Notes: a model not told the origin generated them from the sequence alone. Positions 25,362 to 40,294 are shown, counted from the stretch's first letter. The stretch is 64,000 nucleotides of DNA from an uncultured Acholeplasmataceae bacterium (GCA_964552625.1 CAZKGV010000007.1:10264-74263); one strand, 5' to 3'. Translations and numbers: made by a program.

Positions 25362-25778
25362 TTAGTAAGTTATTACAATAACCCTAACATCGTATTCGTT
25401 ATTCTCACTGTTTCCATTCTGAATTGCAAATTGCAACGCAGTTCCCTTACCTACAGATCTACGGCCAAACTCCTCGCGTATCTCTTCATCAAAAGAATTT
25501 AAATAAGCAAAATGACTTGCTCTATCCCATCCCCACCACACTTTTTTATCAATGCATGCATATGCACTAAAGTTTAATGCGGTACTACTTTTCGCAATAA
25601 CATCAAAATATTGCTTACTACTGTCTTTTTGATCCCCAACACGTGTATAAGCGTAACTTTGCCATGGCCTTAATTTAGTAGAAATATCCTTTTCTTGTCT
25701 AGCAAAAACCTTCACTCCAACAATCAAGGAAAAAATTAAAGCCAGTACCATACTTATTGCTATTACTTTATTTTTCAT
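25362..25778 (-). CDS. Small secreted protein, unknown function
   Basis: It has a signal peptide (MKNKVIAISMVLALIFSLIVGVKVFA) and is the first gene of the ABC operon. Confidence 0.5.
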   Translation of the reverse strand: MKNKVIAISMVLALIFSLIVGVKVFARQEKDISTKLRPWQSYAYTRVGDQKDSSKQYFDVIAKSSTALNFSAYACIDKKVWWGWDRASHFAYLNSFDEEIREEFGRRSVGKGTALQFAIQNGNSENNEYDVRVIVITY

Positions 25779-26417
25779 CTTATGTCTCCAATTTAATAAC
25801 CCCCACTTTATCCCAAGTATAATTATATCGTATAATTAAATTATAGTAAAATTATATTTATTATTTATTATTTTATGAACAATATTACTAACCTTTATTA
25901 AATTATTCTTTCAGCTCCTATCTCTTTATAAATGTATTTTACATTTATCAAAAAATTTATTTTTCAATAAAGTAATTAGTTATATTTCCTTTTTATTCTA
26001 GTAATAATTCTTAAAATATAATTTACTAACTTTGAATCTTTATTTTTTAAAAAAATAAGTCTTAAAGCGACTAAATCAATGTAACCTTCTATTCTTTTTA
26101 TATAAACAAATCTCTTTATTAAAGTTTAAATATGATTTGTTTTATTTTATCATAGTTTAAATGTAAATTAAATACCCAGATTTGCTTAAATCTCTTTTTG
26201 CCGTTACTGAAGCAAATGTTGTTTACTTTACTATTATATCCTTAAAAATATTGTCTCTATTTGCTTTGCTATTCAAAACATCAAAATTTATAAAAATATA
26301 AATGAAATTTTTTGATTTTTTTTGAGAAGACATATTGTGCTTCTTGGTTTGACTTCAATTATTCTTGCGAATTAGTAAGTTTTTAGCTTTCCTATGTTCA
26401 CTTTTTTCCTGTGTAAG

Positions 26418-26448
26418 CAAAAAAGTTTATCGCAGCGCTACGATAAAC
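26418..26448 (-). terminator. tRNA-Glu terminator
   Basis: The minus strand reads GTTTATCG-TAGCGCTG-CGATAAAC followed by T6. Confidence 0.65.
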
Positions 26449-26463
26449 TAACTTGGGTAATCT

Positions 26464-26539
26464 TGGTGACCGATAGGGGATTCGAACCCCTGAATGCAAG
26501 CGTGAAAGGCTTGTGAGTTAACCGCTTCTCCAATCGGCC
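26464..26539 (-). tRNA. tRNA-Glu (anticodon UUC), CCA encoded
   Basis: The acceptor is GGCCGAT/ATCGGTC with one G-U pair. The anticodon stem-loop is CAAGC-CTTTCAC-GCTTG. The T-arm is AGGGGTTCGAATCCCCT. Confidence 0.9.
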
Positions 26540-26609
26540 AGCTAATAATTTTGTGTACACATTTTGTGCAGTTTTTAAAACCAAAATAGATTATTAATAA
26601 TCAACTACA

Positions 26610-26702
26610 TGGCGGAGCAGGAGGGATTTGAACCCTCGCACCGGCTTTCACCGATCTACACCCTTAGCAGGGGCGCCTCTTCAGCCTCTTGAGTACTGCT
26701 CC
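26610..26702 (-). tRNA. tRNA-Ser (anticodon GCU), long variable arm, CCA encoded
   Basis: The acceptor is GGAGCAG/CTGCTCC and the anticodon loop is CTGCTAA. The variable arm is GATCGGTGAAAGCCGGT. Confidence 0.9.
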
Positions 26703-26778
26703 AAATGCGCTATAATATAATAACGTATTTTTGCTCATTAGTCAATAGAAAAAGTGCCCCTAAAAGCATTACTGCTTC

Positions 26779-28959
26779 TTATTCTTTATTGGGAACCATT
26801 GAAAGTGATAATTTTCCTTTTTTTGGATCTACGCCAATAACCCAAACTTTAATAATATCACCAACTGAAACAATATCATTCGGATTTTTTACAAATCTAG
26901 TACTCATTTTTGAAATATGAACTAAACCATCTTCTTTCAGTCCACAATCAACAAATGCTCCAAAGGCAACCACATTTCTAACAGTACCTTCAAGCTCCAT
27001 TCCAATTTTTAAATCTTCTATATTTAAAATATCACTTCTAAGCTTAGGAGCTGTAAATTCATCACGCGGATCTCTAAGTGGTTGTAAAAATGCATCAAGA
27101 ATATCATTTAAAGTATAATTATCAACGTTTGTTTTACTCTTTAATTGATTTCTATCCATAAACTCAACAATTAGTTTAACGTCTAGTTTGCCAAATAAAT
27201 CCGGTGTTATATTATATGTATTCATAATTTGGCGAGCAACATTATAACTTTCTGGGTGAATCGAAGTCATATCAAGTCCTTCATCACCATCAATAATCCT
27301 TAAGAAACCTGCAGCTTGTTCATAAGCTTTTTCGCCTATTCTAGGGACTTTTAAGAATGATTCTCTTGTTTTAAAGGGACCATTCTTTTCCCGGTAAGTA
27401 ACTATGTTTTCTGCCATTTTCTTATCAAGGCCAGAAACATAGTTCAATAACGATTCTGAAGCAGTATTAACATTAACTCCCACTTGGTTAACGGCGTTAC
27501 TTACCACAAAATCTAGGGCATCAGATAACTTTTTTTGACTAACATCATGTTGATACTGGCCAACTCCAATTGATTTTGGATCAATTTTTACCAACTCAGA
27601 AAGCGGATCTTGCAAGCGTCTAGCAATTGAGACTGCACTTCTTTCTTCAACTGAAAAATTAGGAAATTCTTTTCTAGCAAGCTCACTTGCTGAATATACA
27701 GAAGCGCCTGACTCATCAACGATAACGTATTTTGTTGGTAGTTCATATTTTTTCAATAAACTTGCAACAAAAGACTCTGTTTCTCTTGAGGCAGTTCCGT
27801 TTCCAATTGCGATAATATCAACATTATGTTTTTTGATTAGTTGTAAAATGATTTTTTCTGATTCTGGTCTTCTTGCTTCAAAGCCTTTTTCACCAATAAA
27901 CTTTTCATGCGGATAAATAACATCTTTTGCTAAAACAGTTCCTTGTTCATTAACTACTGTTAATTTACAACCAGTTCTAAAAGCTGGGTCAACTCCTAAA
28001 ACTATTTTGTTTTTCATTGGTGGCTGCAATAATAAATTTTTTAAATTAATCGAAAAAATCTCGATTGCATCTTCTTCTGCCTTTAAAGTTAGATCAGCTC
28101 TAATTTCCCTTTCAATTGAAGGATAAATTAATCTTTTGATTGAATCAGCAATAAAAAGTTTCATATAAGAGTTAACAATTGATTCTTTATTACCAATTAT
28201 TTTTGTTTCTAAATAAGCTTGCATTTTTTCTTTATCAGCATCAATACTAACACCAATTATTTTCAAGTTTTCTGCTCGATTAAGTGCTAAGACTCGATGA
28301 TGAGCAATAGAATTAACCATTTCTTCATAATCATAATATTGTTCAAAAATGCCTTTTTCATCCAACTTTTCTGCATCTTTTCTGGCCTTACCAACAACAA
28401 AACCATTCATTGCCATTTCAGTTCTTAACGCTTTTCGGTAATTAGCATCATCACTAATTTTTTCAGCAATAATAAAACCGGCACCTTCGGCTGCTTTGCT
28501 AGCACTTTTGACATTTTCATTTAAATATTTTTCAGCTTCCTCTAATACATCACCCTCTAAAGGAAAACTTTCCATCCATTTTGCCAAAGGTTCCAATCCA
28601 TGCTTAATCGCTTCAGTCGCCTTTGTCTTTCTTTTTTCTTTAAAGGGGCGATATAGGTCTTCAACCTCAACTAATTTAGTTGCTTGATTAATTTCTTGCT
28701 GTAGTTCTTCGGTTAACATTCCTTTTTCATCAATTAAACGAATAACATCTTCTTTTCTTTTTTGTAAATTAACACCATAACTCCATTCTTTATGGATTTC
28801 CTTAATAAACTCTTCATCAAGCCCACCGGTTACTTCTTTCCGGTATCTAGCAATAAAAGGAATAGTATTTCCTTCTTCTAGCAACAACAAAACTTGCTCA
28901 ACTTGATTTCTTTTAATTCCTAGGCTTTTTGAAACCTCTAATATAATATTTTTTTCCAT
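26779..28959 (-). CDS. tex: Tex-like transcription accessory protein (S1 RNA-binding domain)
   Basis: The N-terminus carries GNTIPFIARYRKE. It has a YqgF-like centre and a C-terminal S1 domain (GTVRNVVAFGAFVD). Confidence 0.9.
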   Translation of the reverse strand: MEKNIILEVSKSLGIKRNQVEQVLLLLEEGNTIPFIARYRKEVTGGLDEEFIKEIHKEWSYGVNLQKRKEDVIRLIDEKGMLTEELQQEINQATKLVEVEDLYRPFKEKRKTKATEAIKHGLEPLAKWMESFPLEGDVLEEAEKYLNENVKSASKAAEGAGFIIAEKISDDANYRKALRTEMAMNGFVVGKARKDAEKLDEKGIFEQYYDYEEMVNSIAHHRVLALNRAENLKIIGVSIDADKEKMQAYLETKIIGNKESIVNSYMKLFIADSIKRLIYPSIEREIRADLTLKAEEDAIEIFSINLKNLLLQPPMKNKIVLGVDPAFRTGCKLTVVNEQGTVLAKDVIYPHEKFIGEKGFEARRPESEKIILQLIKKHNVDIIAIGNGTASRETESFVASLLKKYELPTKYVIVDESGASVYSASELARKEFPNFSVEERSAVSIARRLQDPLSELVKIDPKSIGVGQYQHDVSQKKLSDALDFVVSNAVNQVGVNVNTASESLLNYVSGLDKKMAENIVTYREKNGPFKTRESFLKVPRIGEKAYEQAAGFLRIIDGDEGLDMTSIHPESYNVARQIMNTYNITPDLFGKLDVKLIVEFMDRNQLKSKTNVDNYTLNDILDAFLQPLRDPRDEFTAPKLRSDILNIEDLKIGMELEGTVRNVVAFGAFVDCGLKEDGLVHISKMSTRFVKNPNDIVSVGDIIKVWVIGVDPKKGKLSLSMVPNKE

Positions 28960-28999
28960 TGCTCCTCCTTTAATAGTCGAAAAGGGGTTTTTATCCCCT

Positions 29000-29566
29000 T
29001 TACAACTTGCTTAATTCGCTTTTTATCGCAAGCACATTAACATAAACATCTTTTGTTTCTTCACCTTGTATATGAATTAATACAGGAATATCTGGTAAAT
29101 AGTTTTGTTCTATTTGTTCTTTTATTTCTGGGTGCTCATTATAATTTATTACAAAAATAGTGTAATCTTTATCATCTTTATTAAACTTATCTTCTAACAT
29201 TAAAGCTATTTCATCGCATCCTTGACACTCTTCGAAATTAGGATTATAAACAAAAATATAAATATCGTGTTTAATTAAAGATTCATCTAATGCTTCTTGT
29301 TCTTCATCAGTTAACTCAGATTTTTCAATTTGATTAATTAAATATTTATATTGATTAACTGAAAGATGAACAATATCAGGGAATTTATCATCTGCTACAG
29401 ACTCATCATCTTTAGGTTTTAAAGCAAAAACTAAAACCAACACAACAACTAAAACTAACGTAAGCCCAGAAGAAATATATAGAGCAATAGCTGATTTTTT
29501 CTTCGGTTGTTGTTTTGGAGCTGATTTTTTTACTGTCTGACTTTTTTTCCTTTTTAACTTTGACAT
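29000..29566 (-). CDS. Membrane-anchored thioredoxin-fold-like protein with a CxxC motif
   Basis: It has a basic N-terminus, one TM segment and a CQGC motif in a short alpha/beta domain. Confidence 0.4.
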   Translation of the reverse strand: MSKLKRKKSQTVKKSAPKQQPKKKSAIALYISSGLTLVLVVVLVLVFALKPKDDESVADDKFPDIVHLSVNQYKYLINQIEKSELTDEEQEALDESLIKHDIYIFVYNPNFEECQGCDEIALMLEDKFNKDDKDYTIFVINYNEHPEIKEQIEQNYLPDIPVLIHIQGEETKDVYVNVLAIKSELSKL

Positions 29567-29624
29567 TAAATTAACCTCCTAACACTTTTTTAATTATACA
29601 TAATTTATTGACTTTATACAATGT

Positions 29625-30575
29625 TTAATTACTATTAGCAGAATTTTCTTGTAAATTTTTGGCAATATTTATTGCTAGATTCTTAATTTTTTGCAGCCGG
29701 TGATTAATTCCACTTTTACTTATTTTATCACCAGTTACTTGCTCATAAATTATACTCAATTCTTTTAAAGACGCTTCTGGATTATCTTCTCTTAATGAGA
29801 TTATCTCTTTTAATGCTGGTTCAAGTAAATCAACGTCTTTATAATTTTTAATAAACCTTATTTGCATTAATTGTTCCTTTGCCGCATTTAAAGTTTTTTT
29901 CTCATTAGCAACCTCACAATTAATAATGCGATTAATCGAATTATTAAAATCTCTTTGAATTCTTAAATCCTCAAATTTAAAAACACTTTCATACGCGCCT
30001 ACTACTTTTAAAAAGCCACTTACTGCGTCTGCTTCTTTAATATAGATAACTAATCCGTTTCTTCTTTTAATAATTCTAGCATTTAAATCATATTGATTCA
30101 TTAACTTTTGAATAAAAACAGCATTCGTCTTTGATTTAGTAAATATTTCCAAATGATAACTCGGTTTAACAGGGCTATTAACAGATCCACTTGCCAAAAA
30201 TGCTCCGCGCAAATAGGCTTGTTTTTCTTTGGCAGTTCTAATAATTAAATCATACTCACCAATGCTTTCATCTAAAAGACTTGTTTCTGAAATAATATTT
30301 TGTGTTTGACTGTTAATCACAACAACCATTTCATTTTTATTAAAACTAGTCTTTTTGCTCATTATTTCCATCTTAGCATTATATAACGTTTTAACTAATT
30401 TAAAAAAATGTCTTGTAATCGCAATATTTTTTGATTGAAAACTAATTGTAATACCTTGATTATTTACCGTTACTTCACCTTGAAGGTGTAAAAGAGCTGA
30501 AAATTCAGCCAACATTTCTTCTTTACTTATATGAAGATGAATCAGTTCTTCTTTTACACTTCTTGCAAAAGTCAT
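29625..30575 (-). CDS. whiA: DNA-binding protein WhiA
   Basis: The motifs are FARSVKEEL, AYLRGAFLASGSV (LAGLIDADG-like) and a C-terminal HTH (ISKSGINHRL). Confidence 0.9.
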   Translation of the reverse strand: MTFARSVKEELIHLHISKEEMLAEFSALLHLQGEVTVNNQGITISFQSKNIAITRHFFKLVKTLYNAKMEIMSKKTSFNKNEMVVVINSQTQNIISETSLLDESIGEYDLIIRTAKEKQAYLRGAFLASGSVNSPVKPSYHLEIFTKSKTNAVFIQKLMNQYDLNARIIKRRNGLVIYIKEADAVSGFLKVVGAYESVFKFEDLRIQRDFNNSINRIINCEVANEKKTLNAAKEQLMQIRFIKNYKDVDLLEPALKEIISLREDNPEASLKELSIIYEQVTGDKISKSGINHRLQKIKNLAINIAKNLQENSANSN

Positions 30576-30576
30576 T

Positions 30577-31488
30577 TTAATCCCACGTTTCTAGATATTT
30601 TAAAATATTTTGAACAGCAATTACGCCATCATTTGCCGCTGTAAGAATTTGTCTGATTTCTTTATCTCTAACATCGCCAACCGCATATATTCCTTTTATG
30701 CTTGTTTCCATTTTTGGATTTGTTAAAACATAACCATACTCATTTAATATATTTAGGTTTTTAAATATTTTAGTTTCAGGCTTTAAGCCAATATATTCAA
30801 AAACACCATCAGTTTTAATAGTTAACTCACTTTTGTTTTGCCTATTTATTTTAACTCCTATAAGCTGGTTTTCATCATTTATGACAAACTCAGTAATCAA
30901 AGATTCATAATAAACATTAACATTTTCTTTACTTAAAAGAATATCAATAGCCTTTTTATCAGCAGTAAAGTTTTTCAAATTTTGAACAACTGTCACACTT
31001 TTTGCCAAACTAGCCAAATAACTAGCTTCTTCAACCGCGCTATTACCTCCGCCTACTACAACAACATCCTTGTTTTTGTAAATAGGTCCATCACAAATAG
31101 CACAAAAACTAATCCCTCTTGAGATTAAAGCATCTTCATTTTTTAATCCTAGTTTTCTTGGCGTTGCACCAGTTGCAATAATAATTGCTTTTGTTTCGTA
31201 AGTATTATTTGCAGTAACTACTTTATTTGCTTTCTGGCTAATAACTTCAATAACTTCATCAAATACGTATTCAACACCTAAAGCAAGCCCATGATTAAAC
31301 ATTTCAAGTGCCAAATCAGCGCCACCAATCTTATTAAATCCCGTATAGTTTTCAACTTCTAAAGTATTAATCATTTGCCCACCAGGAGCTCCTTTTTCAA
31401 TAACCATACATTTAAGGTTTGCTCTTTTTGCATATATGCCTGCAGTTATTCCTGCTGGACCTGCACCAATAATAATTAAATCATACAT
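30577..31488 (-). CDS. trxB: Thioredoxin-disulfide reductase
   Basis: It carries GAGPAG, the redox motif CAICDG and GGGNSAVEEA. Confidence 0.9.
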   Translation of the reverse strand: MYDLIIIGAGPAGITAGIYAKRANLKCMVIEKGAPGGQMINTLEVENYTGFNKIGGADLALEMFNHGLALGVEYVFDEVIEVISQKANKVVTANNTYETKAIIIATGATPRKLGLKNEDALISRGISFCAICDGPIYKNKDVVVVGGGNSAVEEASYLASLAKSVTVVQNLKNFTADKKAIDILLSKENVNVYYESLITEFVINDENQLIGVKINRQNKSELTIKTDGVFEYIGLKPETKIFKNLNILNEYGYVLTNPKMETSIKGIYAVGDVRDKEIRQILTAANDGVIAVQNILKYLETWD

Positions 31489-32516
31489 TACTTTTTATCC
31501 TTTTTTTTCATTTTTGAACGCTTAAAAATATTTATTTTAAAATATTCAAGCGCATCCTTTTTATTTTCATTAACAACATCGAGATAATAAGGAATATCTC
31601 TTTTGATGAAATTCTTTAAGATGATATATCCTACTCCACCAACCGCAAAAAGTGTTAAAGAAAACAATACATTCACTCTAATATTTCCAATCATCAATGG
31701 ATCTGTTCTAAATGGTTCAATTAAAAGTCCTCTACCAAGACCATACCAAACTAAATAAATCCCTATTAAATCACCTAATTTAAATAACTTTTTTCTTCTT
31801 ATAATTAAAATAAGGATTAAACCAAGCAAGTTCCATAAACTTTCATACAAAAATGTTGGATGATAATATGTACCGTTAATGTTCATATTTTCTAAAATAA
31901 ATCCCGGAATAATATATTTTAAAACATTATATGCATTCTCAGTCATTGCCCCGCCATGAGCTTCTTGATTAAAAAAGTTACCCCAACGACCTAAAATTTG
32001 CCCAATTAAAAACCCGGGAGCTAAAAGATCAATTACCGCAAAAAGATTCATTTTCCTTACTTTTGTATATATAACAGTAAACACCAACGCAGTTATAACA
32101 GCACCATGAATCGCAAGTCCGCCGCCGGCAATATTAAAAATTGCTCCAAAGCTATCAACCGGTTCAAAGATTACATAATAAAGTCTTGAACCAATTACCG
32201 CTAAAGGCACAGCAATTAAAATCCCATCCATTAAATGATCAGAATTAATATTTAAAAACCTAGCCTCACGAAAAGCTAGAATTGCTGCAAAAATGATGCC
32301 TGTTAAAATAAAAATAGCATACCAAGCAATACTTACATCACCAAAAGAAACTGCGATGTTACTATAGGGTGGGGTTTTCCCAGCCATCCCAATAATTAAC
32401 AACAAAATAAATACTCCTACAAAACTACTTCCCATAATTAGTGGTTGTTTGTAGTTAATTATTTTGTTAATAAATACATTTTCTTTTTTTATTTGGTTTT
32501 TTTCATTTTTTTTCAT
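31488..32516 (-). CDS. lgt: Prolipoprotein diacylglyceryl transferase
   Basis: It carries the GRWGNFFNQEAHG signature and is polytopic. Confidence 0.9.
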   Translation of the reverse strand: MKKNEKNQIKKENVFINKIINYKQPLIMGSSFVGVFILLLIIGMAGKTPPYSNIAVSFGDVSIAWYAIFILTGIIFAAILAFREARFLNINSDHLMDGILIAVPLAVIGSRLYYVIFEPVDSFGAIFNIAGGGLAIHGAVITALVFTVIYTKVRKMNLFAVIDLLAPGFLIGQILGRWGNFFNQEAHGGAMTENAYNVLKYIIPGFILENMNINGTYYHPTFLYESLWNLLGLILILIIRRKKLFKLGDLIGIYLVWYGLGRGLLIEPFRTDPLMIGNIRVNVLFSLTLFAVGGVGYIILKNFIKRDIPYYLDVVNENKKDALEYFKINIFKRSKMKKKDKK

Positions 32517-33432
32517 TTTCTTTTATACTCCTCATAACTTCTCGTGTTAAATTAAATGCTGCATGATAACCCAAATATTTTAACTTCTGATTCATTGCTG
32601 CTGATTCAACCAATAAAGCGACATTTCTTCCCGGAAGAACGGGAATGGTAATTTTAGGAATATCAGTATCAAAGTATCTAATTGTATCTGTTTCCAGTCC
32701 TAATCTGTCATATGATTTAAAATCTTCCCATTTTTCCAACTCAACTACCAACCTAATTTTTTTTGACTCACGATATGCTCCAACACCATACATCGAAACA
32801 ACATCAACAATCCCTATTCCTCTTACTTCTAAATATCGTTCTAAAATTTTAGGAGCAAAACCAATAAGTACACCCACATCTTTTTGAAAAACATCAACTC
32901 GATCGTCGCTTATCAAAATATGGCCAAGTTTAATTAACTCCAATGCTGTCTCACTTTTCCCAATTCCACTTTTCCCAATAATAAGTGTTCCCATTCCATT
33001 AATATCCATTAATACACCATGAATAGTCTTTCTTGGCGATAGGTGATCTTGAAGATAACTAAACAATTTGGAATTTAAAGCGGTTGTGCGGAGGTTGCTT
33101 TTTAAAATTGGAATATTATACTCATCACCCAGCTTAAGAAAAACCTCACTTACATCAACATTAGTAGAAAAAACAATTGCTGGTGGTTTTAATTGATAGA
33201 TTTGTTTAAGTCTTTTTTGTTGAATTTCTTTACCAAATTGATTGAAAAACGCAAACTCTTTTGAACCAATTAAAATAACTCGGTTTTTATCGAAAAAATC
33301 CATATAACCAGCAAGCTCAATTCCCGGTCGAGAAATCATCATTTCTGTAACTTCAACTTCTAAACCCGCTTTACCAGCAAGTATTTTAAGCTGATTTTCT
33401 TTTACTATTTGAATTACTTTAATCCCCTTCAT
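32503..33432 (-). CDS. hprK: HPr kinase/phosphorylase
   Basis: It carries the P-loop GKSGIGKSE. The gene order hprK-lgt is conserved in Bacillota. Confidence 0.9.
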   Translation of the reverse strand: MKGIKVIQIVKENQLKILAGKAGLEVEVTEMMISRPGIELAGYMDFFDKNRVILIGSKEFAFFNQFGKEIQQKRLKQIYQLKPPAIVFSTNVDVSEVFLKLGDEYNIPILKSNLRTTALNSKLFSYLQDHLSPRKTIHGVLMDINGMGTLIIGKSGIGKSETALELIKLGHILISDDRVDVFQKDVGVLIGFAPKILERYLEVRGIGIVDVVSMYGVGAYRESKKIRLVVELEKWEDFKSYDRLGLETDTIRYFDTDIPKITIPVLPGRNVALLVESAAMNQKLKYLGYHAAFNLTREVMRSIKENEKK

Positions 33433-33958
33433 AGTTTCCTCCTTGTTACAAAAAAGAACATTTTAATATAATAATTAAGAATAAACCTACTTAAGAAAAA
33501 CAATAAAACAACAATAACCATTTGGTAAGTTTGGTTAAACTCAATACTACCAAGAAATACTACACAAAAATAAAAAAGCGGAATCAAATAAACTAGATGA
33601 ATAAGCCCCAAACTTCTTTTAACTAAGTTAGGTATAAACTTCAGTATCAATAGTTTAATATATATTTCAAAGAATGTAAACATAAACACCCCTAAAAGGT
33701 ATTTAACCAAATCCGGTGTTTTCCCTAAAGTTGTTAGTCCCATAACTGCTGATAAAGTTAAAAAATTAACCAACAGCATTAAAAAGTTATGAATTAAAAA
33801 ATTAGGATGAAGTGCATAGGAAAAAAGGGCTCTAAATTTAGCTTGTTTTTGATAAATTTCATCCTCATCTAACATTTCTTTTAATTTTTTTTCTAACTCT
33901 TCAACCCTTTTTCGTTCTTCCTCGGTTAAATTGTTATTGTCATTCTTTTTTTCTTCTT

Positions 33959-33962
<4 letters not shown>
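33429..33962 (-). CDS. Membrane protein, unknown function
   Basis: It has an acidic coiled N-terminus followed by 4 hydrophobic segments. Confidence 0.5.
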
Positions 33963-38807
<4,845 letters not shown>

Positions 38808-38823
38808 TTACATTGAAAAAAAG

Positions 38824-40020
38824 TTATTTAAAACACTCTTTAATAAATCTTGAAGACTTATTGTCTTTTATGACACTAAATAAATATAATTCTTTTTTTG
38901 CTCTTGTAATTGCCACATAAAAAAGCCTTCTTTCTTCTTGGATATTTGCATTTCTCATCGGTAGATTTCCTTCTTCCAAACCAATAACTATAACAACCTC
39001 AAACTCTAATCCCTTTACTTGATGAATAGTAAAAAAAGCTATCTTTTCAAAATATGTTTTTTCTAATTCTTCTTTAATTTCTTTTGCTAAGTAATGATTG
39101 CGATAAATAATAGCAATTTGTTCTTGTTTAAACCCAGCTTTAAGTTTTTCTCTAATAATAGACAAAATAGTTTGGGCTTGATTTTTAAAACTTGAAAAAC
39201 TTCTTATATTAATCACGCCTGCTTTTTTATTAAATGAAAACAGTTTTATCTTAAACGCTTGATTATTTTTTGTTATTAAATTATTAGCCAAATCAACAAT
39301 GTTTGCTGCCGAACGATAATTTAAATCCAGCCAATATATTTTCGCTTTAAAATATTTAATGTATTCATCAATTACTCTTTTGGAAGCTCCCCTAAATGTA
39401 TAAATGCTTTGATTAGGATCTCCCACACAAAAAATATTGTTTGCTTCTGTTTTAAAATGCTTAATTAAAGCGAGTTGAATTACTGATGTATCTTGAAACT
39501 CATCAACAAAAATATATTTGTATTGCATATTTAATTTCTTTTTAAATGTTTTATCTTGATTAAGTCTTCTGTTAAATATTATTTCTAAATCAATAAAATC
39601 CAATTTGTTTTCTTTTTTTAGTGTTTGTTGATATTTATTTACAAGTAAAGACTTCTTTTGATTTCTTTTTAATACTTCTATTTTTATCAAATCATCTTTT
39701 GTAAAACCGTATTCAATTAATTTGGCCTCTTCAATAATTTCAATATTTTGCAAGTCTTTAATCATTTTATAACAAAATCCATGAAATGTAGTTACTAATA
39801 TATCATCAGCAAATGATAATCGTTTCTTTAAAACATAAGCACTTTTTCTTGTAAAAGAAATTGCCAATATATTTTCTGGTTTAACTTTTTCACTAATTAA
39901 TCTTTTTATTCTTTCAACAATTACTCTTGTTTTTCCGCTTCCTGCTCCAGCAAGTAAAAAAATAAAGCGGTCATTGGCAAAAACCGCTTTTCTTTGATTA
40001 ATATTAAGCAAGTAGATCAC
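38824..40020 (-). CDS. Compact UvrD/PcrA-like SF1 helicase (about 395 aa) lacking most of the 1B/2B accessory regions
   Basis: It carries motifs AGAGSGKT, DEFQDT, VGDPNQSIYTFRGA, YRS, HQVKGLEFEVV and YVAITRAKKEL, compressed into about 400 aa. The likely start is a TTG at 40011, downstream of GAGGTGATC. Confidence 0.75.
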   Translation of the reverse strand: MIYLLNINQRKAVFANDRFIFLLAGAGSGKTRVIVERIKRLISEKVKPENILAISFTRKSAYVLKKRLSFADDILVTTFHGFCYKMIKDLQNIEIIEEAKLIEYGFTKDDLIKIEVLKRNQKKSLLVNKYQQTLKKENKLDFIDLEIIFNRRLNQDKTFKKKLNMQYKYIFVDEFQDTSVIQLALIKHFKTEANNIFCVGDPNQSIYTFRGASKRVIDEYIKYFKAKIYWLDLNYRSAANIVDLANNLITKNNQAFKIKLFSFNKKAGVINIRSFSSFKNQAQTILSIIREKLKAGFKQEQIAIIYRNHYLAKEIKEELEKTYFEKIAFFTIHQVKGLEFEVVIVIGLEEGNLPMRNANIQEERRLFYVAITRAKKELYLFSVIKDNKSSRFIKECFK

Positions 40021-40047
40021 CTCATTTAAATATATAGATCTATTGCT

Positions 40048-40254
40048 TTATTTTTTCTTTTTATTGTAATTCTCCAACCATAAGATAATTTCGTTTACTG
40101 CTAAATGGTGTGCTCTAGTTTGACAGTGTTGTTTATCGCCTTCAGTTTTTGTAAAAAGCCTTGTTTTAATTGATTTCGCATTTTTTAATACTTTTACACT
40201 TTTTCTTAAATGACTAACCGGGACAAGATGATCAGACTCTCCTGCCAACAACAA
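40048..40254 (-). pseudogene. C-terminal remnant of an alpha/beta hydrolase
   Basis: The remnant is 68 aa (LLAGESDHLVPV...H...WL), typical of the Asp/His end of alpha/beta hydrolases. There is no ATG, and only about 40 nt separate it from the pcrA stop, so the N-terminal two thirds are missing. Confidence 0.5.
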
Positions 40255-40294
40255 AATGTCGCAAGTAATTTAATTATCGTAAAACATATTTTTT

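Larger units (their letters stand above)
22181..26463 (-). mobile_element. Candidate genomic island (ABC-transporter operon) bounded by the duplicated tRNA-Glu flank
   Basis: The island is bracketed by repeats at 21991-22180 and 26121-26500. Long AT-rich non-coding stretches lie at both ends. No recombinase is present. Confidence 0.4.
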
